Virus record (IMG/VR): IMGVR_UViG_3300020411_004289
Span: 32,001-96,000 of that record
Length of the DNA stretch: 64,000 bases
Direction: 5' to 3' (one strand)
Origin: a virus
Shown: positions 8,902-20,201 of the stretch, piece by piece
Layout of the letters: each line of letters opens with the position of its first letter
How positions within the stretch are numbered: position 1 is the stretch's first letter
Notes under the pieces: generated by a model
Databases searched by the model: none
Told to the model about the DNA's origin: nothing
The model's input: only the letters and a program-made list of their open reading frames with translations
Made by a program: the position numbers and the translations under genes

Positions 8902-10461
8902 ATGAAGATTTTTTGTACAGCAAGTAAAGACACTTACATTACTGATAAGATTATTGATAATCGGCTTCGAGCAGAAGATGCAAATGTAGGACGAGCTGGA
9001 ACGTTAGATGTCTTTCGCTTATGGAACGAAACAATAATAAACGGCTCTGGAAGTCAAAATGAGCTTTCAAGAGCACTAATAAAGTTCGACTATCAAAAAA
9101 TTCATGAATTGACGGCATCAAAGCTTGACTTATCAAACTTTACTGCAACGCTACGACTATTTGATATGAAGACAGGTCACGCTGTCCCTGCAAACTTTAA
9201 CCTATCAGTACTACCTCTTTCAAAAGCTTTTGATGAAGGGGCAGGTAGAGATATTGGCTCTTTTGGAGATTTGGACTCTTGCAACTTTATAACTTCTTCA
9301 ATAGATGGTACCGGTGCAGCAGTATTGTGGAACATGTCAGGTGCTAATGCTATAGGAGACCTAGGTGCTGCAGATTTAGATATTTTCGATAGGGCAAATT
9401 TTAATGATGGCGCCGGCTTATCGCTTATTGCTAAGTCACAAAATTTTATAAAAGGGACAGAGGACCTATCTGTCGATGTAACAAAAATAGTTTCAGCATC
9501 AGTAGCAGGACAAATTGAAAATCATGGGTTTAGAATTGCCTTTAGCGGAAGTGAAGAAACAGATTCAAAATCTAGGTTTGTCAAAAGATTTGCGTCTAGG
9601 CATGTTTCAAACTTATCTTTGAGGCCAAAAATAGAAATCGCATTTGATGAAAGTATTCAGGACAATCATAGTAATTTTTACTTTGATCTATCAGGGTCAT
9701 TATTTTTAAACTCATACGAAAGGTCTTCTGCAGCAAATTTAGTGTCTGGCAGCGCGCTGACACCTATTGCAGGAACTAACTCGCTAATGCTCAAGCTAAA
9801 AACAGGAAGCTTTGTTTATGCAACATCAGCTTCTCAATATTCTAGAGGAACGATTGATGCAAATGGAGAGAACTTTTTAACAGGTGTCTATTCTGTATCT
9901 TTTGCAATACCTTCAACAGATACTTCTTTAGTGGCGTCTGCTAGTGATTCAACTTTGGCAAATTGGGTTGCTACTAGTGGTTCTTTGACAATGGAGGAAT
10001 ATTGGTATTCTTTGGACGGCAATGTAGGGTTTCATACAGGAAGCATAAAGATAAACAGAGCTGCTAGGACATCAGGTAATTGGACTTCTAGAGAGCCACT
10101 AATACAAATAACCAATCTGAACCATGAGTACAGTACATCAGACGAAGTATCTTTAAGAATATTTGGTAGAGATCTTGTAAATGAGCAAAACCAGCCGGCA
10201 AAGATACCGATTAATTTAAAACCTGTAATATTTGATGAAGTCTATTATAGGGTACGAAATACCAAAGATGGCAAACTAATAATAGACTTTGGTGAAGACG
10301 ACAATTCAACTAGAGTGTCTACAGATAATGAAGGCATGTTCTTCGATTTTCATATGGATACCCTATATGCTAACAATGCGTATGAATTTGAATTTCTAGT
10401 AATTGACAGAGGTCAGCGTCATGTCGTAGCCAACAGAAGCCTTCAGTTTGTTGTGAGGTAA
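8902..10461 (+). CDS. Baseplate/virion structural protein
   Basis: ASKDTYI...SRALIKFD...NHGF...RPKIEI pattern of DNRLRE-like beta-sandwich virion proteins. Follows the gp6-like gene. Confidence 0.6.
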   Translation: MKIFCTASKDTYITDKIIDNRLRAEDANVGRAGTLDVFRLWNETIINGSGSQNELSRALIKFDYQKIHELTASKLDLSNFTATLRLFDMKTGHAVPANFNLSVLPLSKAFDEGAGRDIGSFGDLDSCNFITSSIDGTGAAVLWNMSGANAIGDLGAADLDIFDRANFNDGAGLSLIAKSQNFIKGTEDLSVDVTKIVSASVAGQIENHGFRIAFSGSEETDSKSRFVKRFASRHVSNLSLRPKIEIAFDESIQDNHSNFYFDLSGSLFLNSYERSSAANLVSGSALTPIAGTNSLMLKLKTGSFVYATSASQYSRGTIDANGENFLTGVYSVSFAIPSTDTSLVASASDSTLANWVATSGSLTMEEYWYSLDGNVGFHTGSIKINRAARTSGNWTSREPLIQITNLNHEYSTSDEVSLRIFGRDLVNEQNQPAKIPINLKPVIFDEVYYRVRNTKDGKLIIDFGEDDNSTRVSTDNEGMFFDFHMDTLYANNAYEFEFLVIDRGQRHVVANRSLQFVVR

Positions 10462-10464
10462 TTT

Positions 10465-13400
10465 GTGGCCAGAGACTCTAATACATTTACCAAAACAATT
10501 CTTTTTAAACCTAGCTCACTAAGGTCGCTTAGGGATGGTTCAACTAGAGTTGAAAACATTACCTTGGGTGGAAATAAAGAAAAAACGCAGGGTGAAGCAA
10601 ACCTCATAAGCACTTCAAGCTTTAGGTATGATCCTGCAGGATTTCCTCTTAAAAGCACTCAGCAGCTAAACGTAGACTGGTCAAAGCTAGAAAACCATAC
10701 ATTCTTTAATTCAGCCCAAGTAAAGGTTCAAACTGCGTTTGACAAGATCATAAATCGATTTCCATTTGACGGAACAAAGTCTGAGTATATAGAGTTTAGA
10801 GATAACTTAACTGGTTTTGACAAGTACATTCTAGATACATTTCCTAAAAACTTAGGAAGTCTTAAATTTGATAGGGCATATAATAATGCGCTTAGAGTAC
10901 AAGACTATCAAGGTGCAGGGTTAATATCTGGCAAAAAAGGCTCGACAGGACAAGCTGTTCTAGACTTTTCATATATGCCATTTAGCATAGAAACCCATAT
11001 TTTTATCCCATCCGGATCAATAAATGACAACGAGGTAGTTTTACAAAAGATATCTGGGTCAAGTAGCGGATTAACCTTAGCAGTAACATCTTCTGCATAT
11101 GAAACTAGTCCGCATGGCGAAGCAACGCTATGGGCGTATTTAAGCTCAGGATCCACAGCAATAAGTGCTAGTCTAGGAATAAAAAAAGGTGTGTTCAATC
11201 ATGTCGCATTAGTGTACGACAGAAATGACACAGGAAAACTATTTATTTATGGAAACGGCAATGTACCTAACGAGTCGTCGAAAGCGGCTGTATTTAATGA
11301 CTATGATTTTATAGAATCTTTAACTACGATTGGTAGTGGGACTGTTCATCAAGTTGAAAATATTAATTTCACACCTGTACAAAATCTTTCAGGCGCTCTT
11401 GATGAATTAAGATGGTTTCATAAAACTAGGAATAGAAATCAAATACTAAGCTTTAAAGATCGAAGTATATTTGCTAACAATCAAGACGATCTTCGACTAT
11501 ACTTTAGGTTTAACGAGCCGTCTGGCAGTTTTGGAACCAGCTCCACTACAGGAAATGAAGATCTTGTCTTAGACTATAGTGGAAACGGTCTTCATACTAA
11601 GATTTCAAATTTTAATATGTCACTAAGAGAGACAGGATCTCTTCCAGTTGCTATGTCTCAAGAAGATCCTGCCCTATCTCCTATTCTTTTTCCGTCGTAT
11701 AGACAGGTCGCAGACTTAGGCGTAAAAATGCTTCTTTCCGGAAGCCAATACGACTATAATAATCCCAATCTGATAACAAAATTAATACCCAAACATTATC
11801 TTCTGGAAGCCTCTGAAAGAGAAGGTATGGAAAATGAGTGGGGTGACATTGGTGAGTCTCCGGGATATTATACAGATCAACCCGGTGGCTCAAAAATGAG
11901 ATCACCTCAAATAATTGCATCTCTTTTATACATGTGGGCAGAGTCATTTGATGAAATGAAAATGTTTATAGATGAATTTGGAAGAGCACTTAATGTAGAT
12001 TATCTCACAGATCAAACAATAAGCGATCAGCTTTTACCCTTTTTAGCAAGATATTACGGTCTAAATTTGCCAAACGCATACGCTGATGCATCAATGGCAC
12101 AGCTTTTGGATAGGCAAGATGTAAGAATGGATAATGTTTTGGCTGTCAAGGGATTACAGGGTGTCCAAAATGTAATTTGGAGGCGTGTACTGTCAGGATT
12201 GCCTGAAGTTATAAAATCAAAAGGCACGCGATACTCAATTGAAGCGCTTTTTAGAAACATGGGAATTAATCCTGACGGATCTTTTAGAATAAGAGAGTAT
12301 GGGGGCTCCAGGACAAAGTCCATAAGTGATACATTTGAAAAAAGAAGTGAGATCGCATCTATCTTAGATTTCTCAGGGTCAAAGTCTTCAGGAGGTGTAA
12401 TCGACGGTTCTGGAAAAAGCAGCAACAGACCTTTGATACAATCTTCTTACCTGTCTTCTTCAAGATTAGAGCCGGGTAAACCTTTATCAAAAATCCGGTA
12501 TGGTGACTATGTTTCTGGAGTATCACCCTATTCTGGAGACGGACTATATACTAGCGGCTCCTGGACTGTAGAGGGGACATTTAAGCTAGAAAATCCACTA
12601 AAAAATCCATTAACGCAAAGCTTAATGAGAATGCAAACAACAGGCTCTAGAGCTTCAGGTGTAGCAAACAATTGGCTGATTTTTAATACTGTAGCAACTG
12701 CTTTACTTACTTCTTCTAATTCTCCGGGAACATTATCTCTGTACGGTAGGGTAGGAAGTGGATCAAGCGAGACTTTAAAACTAACCATGACCGGTGTGAA
12801 TGTTTTCGATGGAAACAAGTGGCATGTATCATTTGGGCGCTTAAGAAATGATGAAATCGGATCATATGTTTCTTCAAGCTATTTTCTTAGAGCCGGTAGG
12901 ATGGGAACAAACTCAGTTTTAGAATTTTATACAACGTCTTCTTACTATAACGATCAAGGCGATACTATTCTAAACAGAGTGTCATCATCGAACAATGCTT
13001 CTGGGTCATTTATTACGATCGGAAGTCAAAGCCTCATGTATGATACATCTACTACCTCCGGAGGCGGTTTTCTAAATGAAGTCTCGGACAGCAAAGTAAA
13101 ATATGTTAACTTCACCGGAAAATGTGCAGGAATAAGATTCTTCTCAAAAGGTTTGAGTGAAAAAGAGACGCTGCAGCACGTAAGAAACTTTAAATCTCTA
13201 GGAGTTGAAAACCCACATGTAAACTTCAACTTCAACACGTCAGATGCAGGTTCTTTTGAAAGACTAAGGTTGAATTTGTCAATTGATCAACCTGTAACAA
13301 AATCAAATGCCGCCGGAAACGTACAGATATTTGACTTTAGTCAAAATAATAATCATGGTCTAGGTACCGGCTTTGAAACAAATGTACAGATAATTCGTCC

Positions 13401-13992
13401 TGAAAGATATGATTATATGATTCTCTCCCCGAGGTTTGAACTAGCGACTGATCCTAATAAGATACGAATACGAAGCTTTATTCAGGCTGAAAATGTTAGA
13501 TCAAACGGAATGAGTGATTCTTCTTACGCACCTCTATATAGAATTCCAGAAAACGAAAAACCAAAAGATGACAGGCGTTTAGCAATTGAAGTGTCGTCTG
13601 TACAAGCACTTAACGAAGACATCATGAATATATTCTCAACTCTAGATTCACTAGACAATGCTATTGGGAATCCTGAACTAGTGTTTTCACAAGAATATAA
13701 AAGCTTGCGCCATCTTAGAAAGATTTACTTCAATAGACTAGATGACAAAATGTCACTTAAGAAATTCTTTGAATTCTTCAAGTGGTTCGATCAAACAATT
13801 GGCGATATCTTAGAAGAAGTAATTCCAAGCACTACAAAATATATGGGAACTAATTTTGTGATAGAAAGTCACGCGCTAGAAAGAGCTAAGTTTCCTTATA
13901 AGTACAGCGACATGTATGTCGGGATTCTAGATAGAAGAGAAGCTTCTGTAATATTTTTACAGCAATTTCTAGGAAGACTAAGGAAGTTTTAA
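10465..13992 (+). CDS. Large baseplate wedge protein (gp7/P2-gpI-like core) with two LamG/ConA-like domains
   Basis: LLPFLARYYG...IWRRVL...KSKGTRYSIEALFRNMGI..IREYGG wedge motif. LamG motifs FNHVALVYD...GALDELRWF and DGNKWHVSF. Confidence 0.7.
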   Translation: MARDSNTFTKTILFKPSSLRSLRDGSTRVENITLGGNKEKTQGEANLISTSSFRYDPAGFPLKSTQQLNVDWSKLENHTFFNSAQVKVQTAFDKIINRFPFDGTKSEYIEFRDNLTGFDKYILDTFPKNLGSLKFDRAYNNALRVQDYQGAGLISGKKGSTGQAVLDFSYMPFSIETHIFIPSGSINDNEVVLQKISGSSSGLTLAVTSSAYETSPHGEATLWAYLSSGSTAISASLGIKKGVFNHVALVYDRNDTGKLFIYGNGNVPNESSKAAVFNDYDFIESLTTIGSGTVHQVENINFTPVQNLSGALDELRWFHKTRNRNQILSFKDRSIFANNQDDLRLYFRFNEPSGSFGTSSTTGNEDLVLDYSGNGLHTKISNFNMSLRETGSLPVAMSQEDPALSPILFPSYRQVADLGVKMLLSGSQYDYNNPNLITKLIPKHYLLEASEREGMENEWGDIGESPGYYTDQPGGSKMRSPQIIASLLYMWAESFDEMKMFIDEFGRALNVDYLTDQTISDQLLPFLARYYGLNLPNAYADASMAQLLDRQDVRMDNVLAVKGLQGVQNVIWRRVLSGLPEVIKSKGTRYSIEALFRNMGINPDGSFRIREYGGSRTKSISDTFEKRSEIASILDFSGSKSSGGVIDGSGKSSNRPLIQSSYLSSSRLEPGKPLSKIRYGDYVSGVSPYSGDGLYTSGSWTVEGTFKLENPLKNPLTQSLMRMQTTGSRASGVANNWLIFNTVATALLTSSNSPGTLSLYGRVGSGSSETLKLTMTGVNVFDGNKWHVSFGRLRNDEIGSYVSSSYFLRAGRMGTNSVLEFYTTSSYYNDQGDTILNRVSSSNNASGSFITIGSQSLMYDTSTTSGGGFLNEVSDSKVKYVNFTGKCAGIRFFSKGLSEKETLQHVRNFKSLGVENPHVNFNFNTSDAGSFERLRLNLSIDQPVTKSNAAGNVQIFDFSQNNNHGLGTGFETNVQIIRPERYDYMILSPRFELATDPNKIRIRSFIQAENVRSNGMSDSSYAPLYRIPENEKPKDDRRLAIEVSSVQALNEDIMNIFSTLDSLDNAIGNPELVFSQEYKSLRHLRKIYFNRLDDKMSLKKFFEFFKWFDQTIGDILEEVIPSTTKYMGTNFVIESHALERAKFPYKYSDMYVGILDRREASVIFLQQFLGRLRKF

Positions 13993-13993
13993 G

Positions 13994-15886
13994 ATGGGAA
14001 AATATCGATATGCAAGATCTAATGGGCAATTTTTAGATTCTCGGCTTAATAATTTTGCAAAAGAAAATACAATACAAAATTTTAGATCTGACCAGTCTTA
14101 TGACTTATCAAAAGATTTTGTAACAGGTACCAACCCTAGCGAAAACAGTTTCATTCTAGACAAAAAAAACTTAAATGGGTATGAATCAAAAGCAAGCCTG
14201 TTAGCTTGGTGGAGGCCAGGAAACAAAGATGACGACACATCAGCAGTCAAGGATAGCTCAGGGAATAATGCTATTCTCACCCCGCCTGCAGTATCAAAAA
14301 CACCTACGCTTGATGTAGGGGACACACCTTCTAAGTTCATCTCTAATAATTCATTTCTTTTTGATGGGTCTGATGATTGTATTGCTTCTTCTGCATCAAG
14401 TCGCCTAGTCTTAAGCGACGGAACCAAGGATGAACCTTTTAGCGTTTCGATGTGGTTAAAAGCTAGTTCTTTCGGCTCAGGTCTCGGAGTCCCCATAGGA
14501 TCGTGTGATGCTGATAACACTTCCAATAGACAGTGGCTTATTCAAGTCAACTCCTCCGGAAACTTGAAAGTGGTACTCTATGACAACTCCGCCGGAGCTT
14601 ATGTGTGGAAAACGACAAATTCAGGTGTCTTAAACATTGACACATGGGAACACGTCGTACTTACATATGATGGTCGCTCCGGTACATCTGCGACAAACGG
14701 TGTAAAAGTATATGTGAATTTAGAGGAGTCCACGTATTACGCTCCCAGCGCAATTGGAACTTATTCTGCGATGGATGGAATAAGTCAAGCAAAAATAACA
14801 GTAGGTGCTCATATCCCGTCTTCTACATGGTGCTTTGCAGGCAGCATAGCAGATGTCGCCATATGGAACAAAGTGCTATCATCTAATGAGATAGAAAACA
14901 TCCATAATGTAAAGAGTGCCGGCGCTTATAGATTGGTAAGAGACTTTAGCAGAGTGTCTCCTGATAACGATACAAGAATTTTAGGTATTGCAACTGAAAG
15001 AAAAGGTTTTAATACAACAGGGTTCAAACCTGACATAATGAATCAGTTCGTACAAGGGATTAACGTAAAAAGCTTTGATCAGCTGTTAAACTACACAGCG
15101 ACCAGAATCAGACCCAATAGTAGCTTTGTCAAGACACTACGTGGCAAGGATATTTCTAGAACAACTTTTGACGAGACAGTCGCAACTACAGCAATCACAT
15201 CTGGGAGTCATACTTCACATGTTTTCCTGGGAGGCGAGGGAAGGCTGTCAGATAGACTTACGAACGAAAGAGAGTGGAGAGATTTAGGGCAGACAGCAAT
15301 TTATGACACCCCGGGTGCATTTGAAGATACACTTGATCTAGATCCAACTGCCATTGTTTCCAGGCAACCAGAAGACTTAATTTTACCATATCAGATGGTC
15401 GCCCAAACAAGTGCAGAACTCTTGGACGGAACCATAGAGCCATTAACCATCAGAAGTATTATCGATCGATCTTCAATAGAGGGCCCATTTTACTCTCATA
15501 CATTTAGAGCAGATCTAGGAGGCCAGACTGACGCGTTCAGGAGATCTTACGTAATTACTGACGGTGTAAGCATGCATGATATTAGAACACCTGAAGGAGC
15601 ATCTCCTTTTTTAGACTCGGTTGAAAATTTAGGTAAAACTGATATGCCCGGAGCGTTCTCTGACTATAAGTCTGTAATTGATCCTTACGTTGATTATGCA
15701 AACGATAGAGATAAAGAGTACACAATTAACAGTGTTTCATCTACAATTTCTGCTGTACTAGTTCATAGCTCTTCTTGGAAAGATAGTGACGATCGAACAC
15801 ATGAAAAAATGGCCGCACACGGATTTCAGTATGACAATAACCCAATTGGAATTGACTCCATTGCATATGGAGGTTTAAAGAAGTAA
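13994..15886 (+). CDS. Virion protein with LamG/ConA-like domain
   Basis: FDGSDD...FSVSMWLK...DTWEHVVLTYDG...FAGSIADVAIWNKVLSSNEI is a canonical LamG-like pattern. Confidence 0.8.
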   Translation: MGKYRYARSNGQFLDSRLNNFAKENTIQNFRSDQSYDLSKDFVTGTNPSENSFILDKKNLNGYESKASLLAWWRPGNKDDDTSAVKDSSGNNAILTPPAVSKTPTLDVGDTPSKFISNNSFLFDGSDDCIASSASSRLVLSDGTKDEPFSVSMWLKASSFGSGLGVPIGSCDADNTSNRQWLIQVNSSGNLKVVLYDNSAGAYVWKTTNSGVLNIDTWEHVVLTYDGRSGTSATNGVKVYVNLEESTYYAPSAIGTYSAMDGISQAKITVGAHIPSSTWCFAGSIADVAIWNKVLSSNEIENIHNVKSAGAYRLVRDFSRVSPDNDTRILGIATERKGFNTTGFKPDIMNQFVQGINVKSFDQLLNYTATRIRPNSSFVKTLRGKDISRTTFDETVATTAITSGSHTSHVFLGGEGRLSDRLTNEREWRDLGQTAIYDTPGAFEDTLDLDPTAIVSRQPEDLILPYQMVAQTSAELLDGTIEPLTIRSIIDRSSIEGPFYSHTFRADLGGQTDAFRRSYVITDGVSMHDIRTPEGASPFLDSVENLGKTDMPGAFSDYKSVIDPYVDYANDRDKEYTINSVSSTISAVLVHSSSWKDSDDRTHEKMAAHGFQYDNNPIGIDSIAYGGLKK

Positions 15887-15887
15887 C

Positions 15888-18800
15888 ATGCCGAGACTAG
15901 GAAAAAAGATCAAAGTATACGATTTAAACCTTCAGGCTCAGCGTAGTCCGATAGGTGTTTCTGCTATTCCTGGAATAACATTTCCAGCAACAACCATGAA
16001 GTGTGGTGTTGACTCTGACCTAAAATCCAATGTTATAGTTTTCTCTTTAGGCTCAAGCTCTCCTGCTTCTCCTGATCGTTGGATTCAGCTAGACGGTCCT
16101 TTCTTAGGTCCGGTAACACTGACATATACAGCAGTGAGAGGCGATTATCCTGGAAAAATAGCTGTAGACGGAGTCCCCGAGGATCTTGCAGCCCCTGAAC
16201 AAGTCGGCGACGACGTTCTTTTAGTTCAAACTTCGAGAGACGGAATTTACTGGAAAACTGTGAGGACAGGAACGGTTGCCGAGTTAAGCAATGAAGTATA
16301 CACGACTATTTCTGTTAATGTTTATGGAGATTCTGGATATAAAATAAGAATAGCTCAGAAAAATCAATTCAATGCTTCAGAGGATGAATATGCCATTTCG
16401 GTGATAACAGTTTCACAAGGAGAGATTTCAGGCTATCTAAATAACCCGCCGCGAATTTTACTACAAGATAACGACAATAGAACTGGAAGCTATCCAACAG
16501 TAGCCCGCACAGGAGATCCCAACTTTACAGGCAGAGCAAATGTGAGGTTTAATGATCAACAAACAGTAGAATACTTTAGCTCATATCCAGAAGCTGAAAT
16601 TACTTTTCTTGATATTCCCCTAGATGCTCATTCTATCTCTTTGACAGGTTCAGCAGAAGATCCATCAGAGAACGTAAAAAAGCTTTTTGAGTTTCAAAAA
16701 GGCGTACTTCAATATTATAACGAATCCATCCTCGTAGACATTAAAGGAAAACAAACACCACGATCAGTGGCATATGCTTTTGCTAAGACAGTCAACAGCG
16801 CTTCTATGGGCATAAAGGCAACCCCAGTTGGAGAAAAAGTAAAACTAAGACAACACAGGCCTTTAATTCCAAGCAACGGGCTAAACATAACAACATCCAG
16901 CTATCCTGCTTTCTTCCTCCCTGCTTCAATAAAACAATTTACACAGCACGGCCCGGAAAATTATGCGTACCCTATGATTTTACCTGTGCCCGGAAGAAAT
17001 GACTATGCCAGTGGATCGACTCATGTAAATGCACTAGTCGCTTCACCTAATATCACTGGATCTTTAACTGCCCCGGCGATTATGGGCACATCAAATAGCG
17101 GCCCGGGAATACATTTTACCCCGGGAGAAAACATAGGACCGTTTGATGAGTCCAGGATTTACATCGACAATGACCTAAGTTTCTATACTGAAGGGACCAC
17201 AGTCAATGGCACAACTTTGCCAGGATTTGGTGAAAGACTAGGTTCTAAGGTAAGTCTATCTTTTGACATATCAACTAATGAACCCTGTTCTGTGTATTTT
17301 TCAACTGGAACAGTTTCACCTGGAGGTACACATGCATCAAGGGCAGATGCTCTAGCCGCAGGGGTTAATTCCGGGATAGCGTATTATAATTTTGCGGAAA
17401 GCAAGTGGGAAATTGTAGGAGATCTACTTACCGGCAGTAATGTAGATATTTTTAATTCAAATCCACAGACAGTTGCAGATTCAATGCTAGCGATAATGCC
17501 CTCTCAGTATGACTATTGGTCCTATCATACAGCACCCTTGACTAATATGCTTAAGCATCAAGGGTCACCCACTGAGTTCGCAGGATTCCCTCTAGCCAGC
17601 AAGTTTGACCCTTCAGAAGCTCAGCTACTTGATATGTCAGACTATATTACAGCTCCATTCTTATTAGAAAAATTAGAGCTGACAGTTTCTGCATCTTATG
17701 CTATGACACAGGTGATGACGGACATAAATGGTGTCCATAATGCTTCGTTTATGCTACTTTTACAAAGAGATGCAGTGCCTTCTGGTTCGTTTACTTCTGA
17801 GCTAACATTGCTAAAAAATAACGGGTCAAACACTCTGACAGATATGACGTGGCTCGCGCCTAAGAAAAAAACATTTGAGACTCATAAAGATAGAAAAATT
17901 ATCTGGTATGGTAGAATAGGAAGATACCTCGAATTCGATCACCCAACCCAGACTTATAGCTCTTTAGAAGAATTTAGAATTAGGGCCCCACATGTTTTTG
18001 CAGCATGCGATTTGTGGATACCACAGCTTAATCCTTACGGCAATAATCAGTATCCTTCCACTGGTTCTTTCACACTAAGAGGTTCTCCTAATACACCTAT
18101 CGGATGTGGTGTGTCAAATAATGTGGTGCGACCTAGAGGTACGCGTACCTCCGCGCACGCGGATATTCCGGAGTATGCAGTCATAGGAAGAAAGACAGGA
18201 GGAAGAGATCTTATAAATATTGCAGACGGACGTTCTTTTATAAGCTCTATTGCAGGCGCTAAAGAGGTCGGCACACATTATGTAGGCTATGAAGCTAATT
18301 CTGCCGGCAGCAGATTTGTACCACTCTATGAAAAGGATTCATCTGAATCTCCTTTTCTTTTGCTCCCAACAGACAAGTTAATGCTTGTGCATGTCAATCA
18401 AAAAATGCCTAATCCCAACGACGACGTACTTACCTGGTCGAAAGGCGAAGACCAAGTAGTTCAGAAAAGATCAACACTTCTCCCGGGCAAATCTAAACTA
18501 ACTCTTTTTGGCTCAATGGTGCGTGAAGGAAAAGCAGCAAATACGACCACACTAAATCAGCCACTCACGTCTGACGCAATACACGAGGATGTTAGAGATG
18601 ATATATCGCCCTTAGGTGAGTCTCTATGCCTAGATCAGTGGCAAGTAGAGCCTGTGTCTACATATTACAAGTCCTATCTAGACAATATTGTCACGGGGTC
18701 AATGTATAATCGAAATAACCCTACTCAGTTTATAAACCCACACACACCGCACGTTAGAAAGTCCCAAGGAACCACCGCAGGAACTGGTATCGTTTCTGGC

Positions 18801-20189
18801 CGTGTAGGGAGCCTCCTTTCTTCCGGAAGCATACAAAGATTTGTAAGGGCTGTAGACACAGAGCAGATATTTTACGACTCCACAGTTCCAAATTTGCAGG
18901 AAGTTGTTGACTTCTATCAAATGATGACACTCAATATCCTCGGTGGGTTTAATTATTTATTAATGTCACTCGATACAGAAGAGTGGTCGCAAGGCTGGTA
19001 CATCCACGAAGCCTCCGCTGGCAGCTTAAGATTTAATAGAAGCGGGATGTTCGAACATATAGGGCATTTAAAAAGATCTTTATCACCATCTACTGCGATA
19101 AAAAGAACTGATGGTGTTTCCGGACAAAACGCAAGGATCGACGGCTTATATCTCTTTTCTTCAGGAACACTACCGATTTACCCGGCCTCCATGTGGACGG
19201 GTCTGATGGAGACAGGGGTCAATTCCCAATTCTTTTTAATCGACTTCAAAGACGGTCAACCATCTACGGCCCTTGCGGGCTCGAGCCCGGGTTACCGGCC
19301 GGTCATGACACCGCAGTCAAAATATGGCTCGTCCTACATGCTTAAAATGCTCTGTGGTATTGGAGATTTTCATGGTATGCCTTTAAATCAAGCCGCTGAA
19401 GCATCACCTCGTCGAGGGCCGGCAGCGGCGACCAGTGTCAATTTTGGGCCCGACCCAGGAGATTGGCCTCTCGACGGCTCCGGAGCCTCAGACGTAACGT
19501 TTTATCTAGGACCCGGGTCAACGAACCCGGAAAAATATATATGTGCAGGATCTAATGAAGGCCCCGGTAGCGGCTATCAAGGTAAATTTGCTTTCGACTC
19601 CGATCCATCTAAAACCGCACGCAATTTTAGAGAAGTTGTTAATACATACTCAGAGCACCTTCGCGTCTTTTACGGCAACGCAGGCGAAGGAATTACAGTA
19701 ACCTTAGCTTCAGGTTCAGTTACAGATTCACTTTCTATGGTTGGGGAGAAGGCATGGGATCAGTCAGGTCCCTCAGGGACCTCTAACTGGGCCGGCACAT
19801 ACGGCGGAGAAACCTTCAGTTTGGCTGCTGACACCCTCCTATTGAGAGGTTTTAAGTACGGCCTATATAACGCTGTTCCTTCATCACCCACTGCTGTCTT
19901 TAGAAGCGATACATACGGACAATTTAGAGACATGTTAGAGCCCAGGCTTTTTAGTGCATTTTTCAATAAGAAGAAGCTAGAGCGTCCTCCAGTAGTGATA
20001 ACTTTTACTAGTAGAGCAGGTGAAAGAGGTGTGGCACCTGAAGAAACAAACTCACAAAATTTATCAAATCATGCAACTTCTTCCGTACCGTTTCGAGATG
20101 GTGTTTCCAGAGACAGAAAAGATATTCAGCCAGATCTATTACCTAGAGTTGAACTCGAGATGTTTGACTTGAAGCTCGGTAGCAGCTAG
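15888..20189 (+). CDS. Very large virion/baseplate-associated adsorption protein
   Basis: 1433 aa, Gly/Ser/Thr-rich, with an N-terminal jelly-roll-like domain containing SRDGIYW. Lies in the baseplate operon. Confidence 0.6.
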   Translation: MPRLGKKIKVYDLNLQAQRSPIGVSAIPGITFPATTMKCGVDSDLKSNVIVFSLGSSSPASPDRWIQLDGPFLGPVTLTYTAVRGDYPGKIAVDGVPEDLAAPEQVGDDVLLVQTSRDGIYWKTVRTGTVAELSNEVYTTISVNVYGDSGYKIRIAQKNQFNASEDEYAISVITVSQGEISGYLNNPPRILLQDNDNRTGSYPTVARTGDPNFTGRANVRFNDQQTVEYFSSYPEAEITFLDIPLDAHSISLTGSAEDPSENVKKLFEFQKGVLQYYNESILVDIKGKQTPRSVAYAFAKTVNSASMGIKATPVGEKVKLRQHRPLIPSNGLNITTSSYPAFFLPASIKQFTQHGPENYAYPMILPVPGRNDYASGSTHVNALVASPNITGSLTAPAIMGTSNSGPGIHFTPGENIGPFDESRIYIDNDLSFYTEGTTVNGTTLPGFGERLGSKVSLSFDISTNEPCSVYFSTGTVSPGGTHASRADALAAGVNSGIAYYNFAESKWEIVGDLLTGSNVDIFNSNPQTVADSMLAIMPSQYDYWSYHTAPLTNMLKHQGSPTEFAGFPLASKFDPSEAQLLDMSDYITAPFLLEKLELTVSASYAMTQVMTDINGVHNASFMLLLQRDAVPSGSFTSELTLLKNNGSNTLTDMTWLAPKKKTFETHKDRKIIWYGRIGRYLEFDHPTQTYSSLEEFRIRAPHVFAACDLWIPQLNPYGNNQYPSTGSFTLRGSPNTPIGCGVSNNVVRPRGTRTSAHADIPEYAVIGRKTGGRDLINIADGRSFISSIAGAKEVGTHYVGYEANSAGSRFVPLYEKDSSESPFLLLPTDKLMLVHVNQKMPNPNDDVLTWSKGEDQVVQKRSTLLPGKSKLTLFGSMVREGKAANTTTLNQPLTSDAIHEDVRDDISPLGESLCLDQWQVEPVSTYYKSYLDNIVTGSMYNRNNPTQFINPHTPHVRKSQGTTAGTGIVSGRVGSLLSSGSIQRFVRAVDTEQIFYDSTVPNLQEVVDFYQMMTLNILGGFNYLLMSLDTEEWSQGWYIHEASAGSLRFNRSGMFEHIGHLKRSLSPSTAIKRTDGVSGQNARIDGLYLFSSGTLPIYPASMWTGLMETGVNSQFFLIDFKDGQPSTALAGSSPGYRPVMTPQSKYGSSYMLKMLCGIGDFHGMPLNQAAEASPRRGPAAATSVNFGPDPGDWPLDGSGASDVTFYLGPGSTNPEKYICAGSNEGPGSGYQGKFAFDSDPSKTARNFREVVNTYSEHLRVFYGNAGEGITVTLASGSVTDSLSMVGEKAWDQSGPSGTSNWAGTYGGETFSLAADTLLLRGFKYGLYNAVPSSPTAVFRSDTYGQFRDMLEPRLFSAFFNKKKLERPPVVITFTSRAGERGVAPEETNSQNLSNHATSSVPFRDGVSRDRKDIQPDLLPRVELEMFDLKLGSS

Positions 20190-20201
20190 CAGGAGGTAGA
20201 T

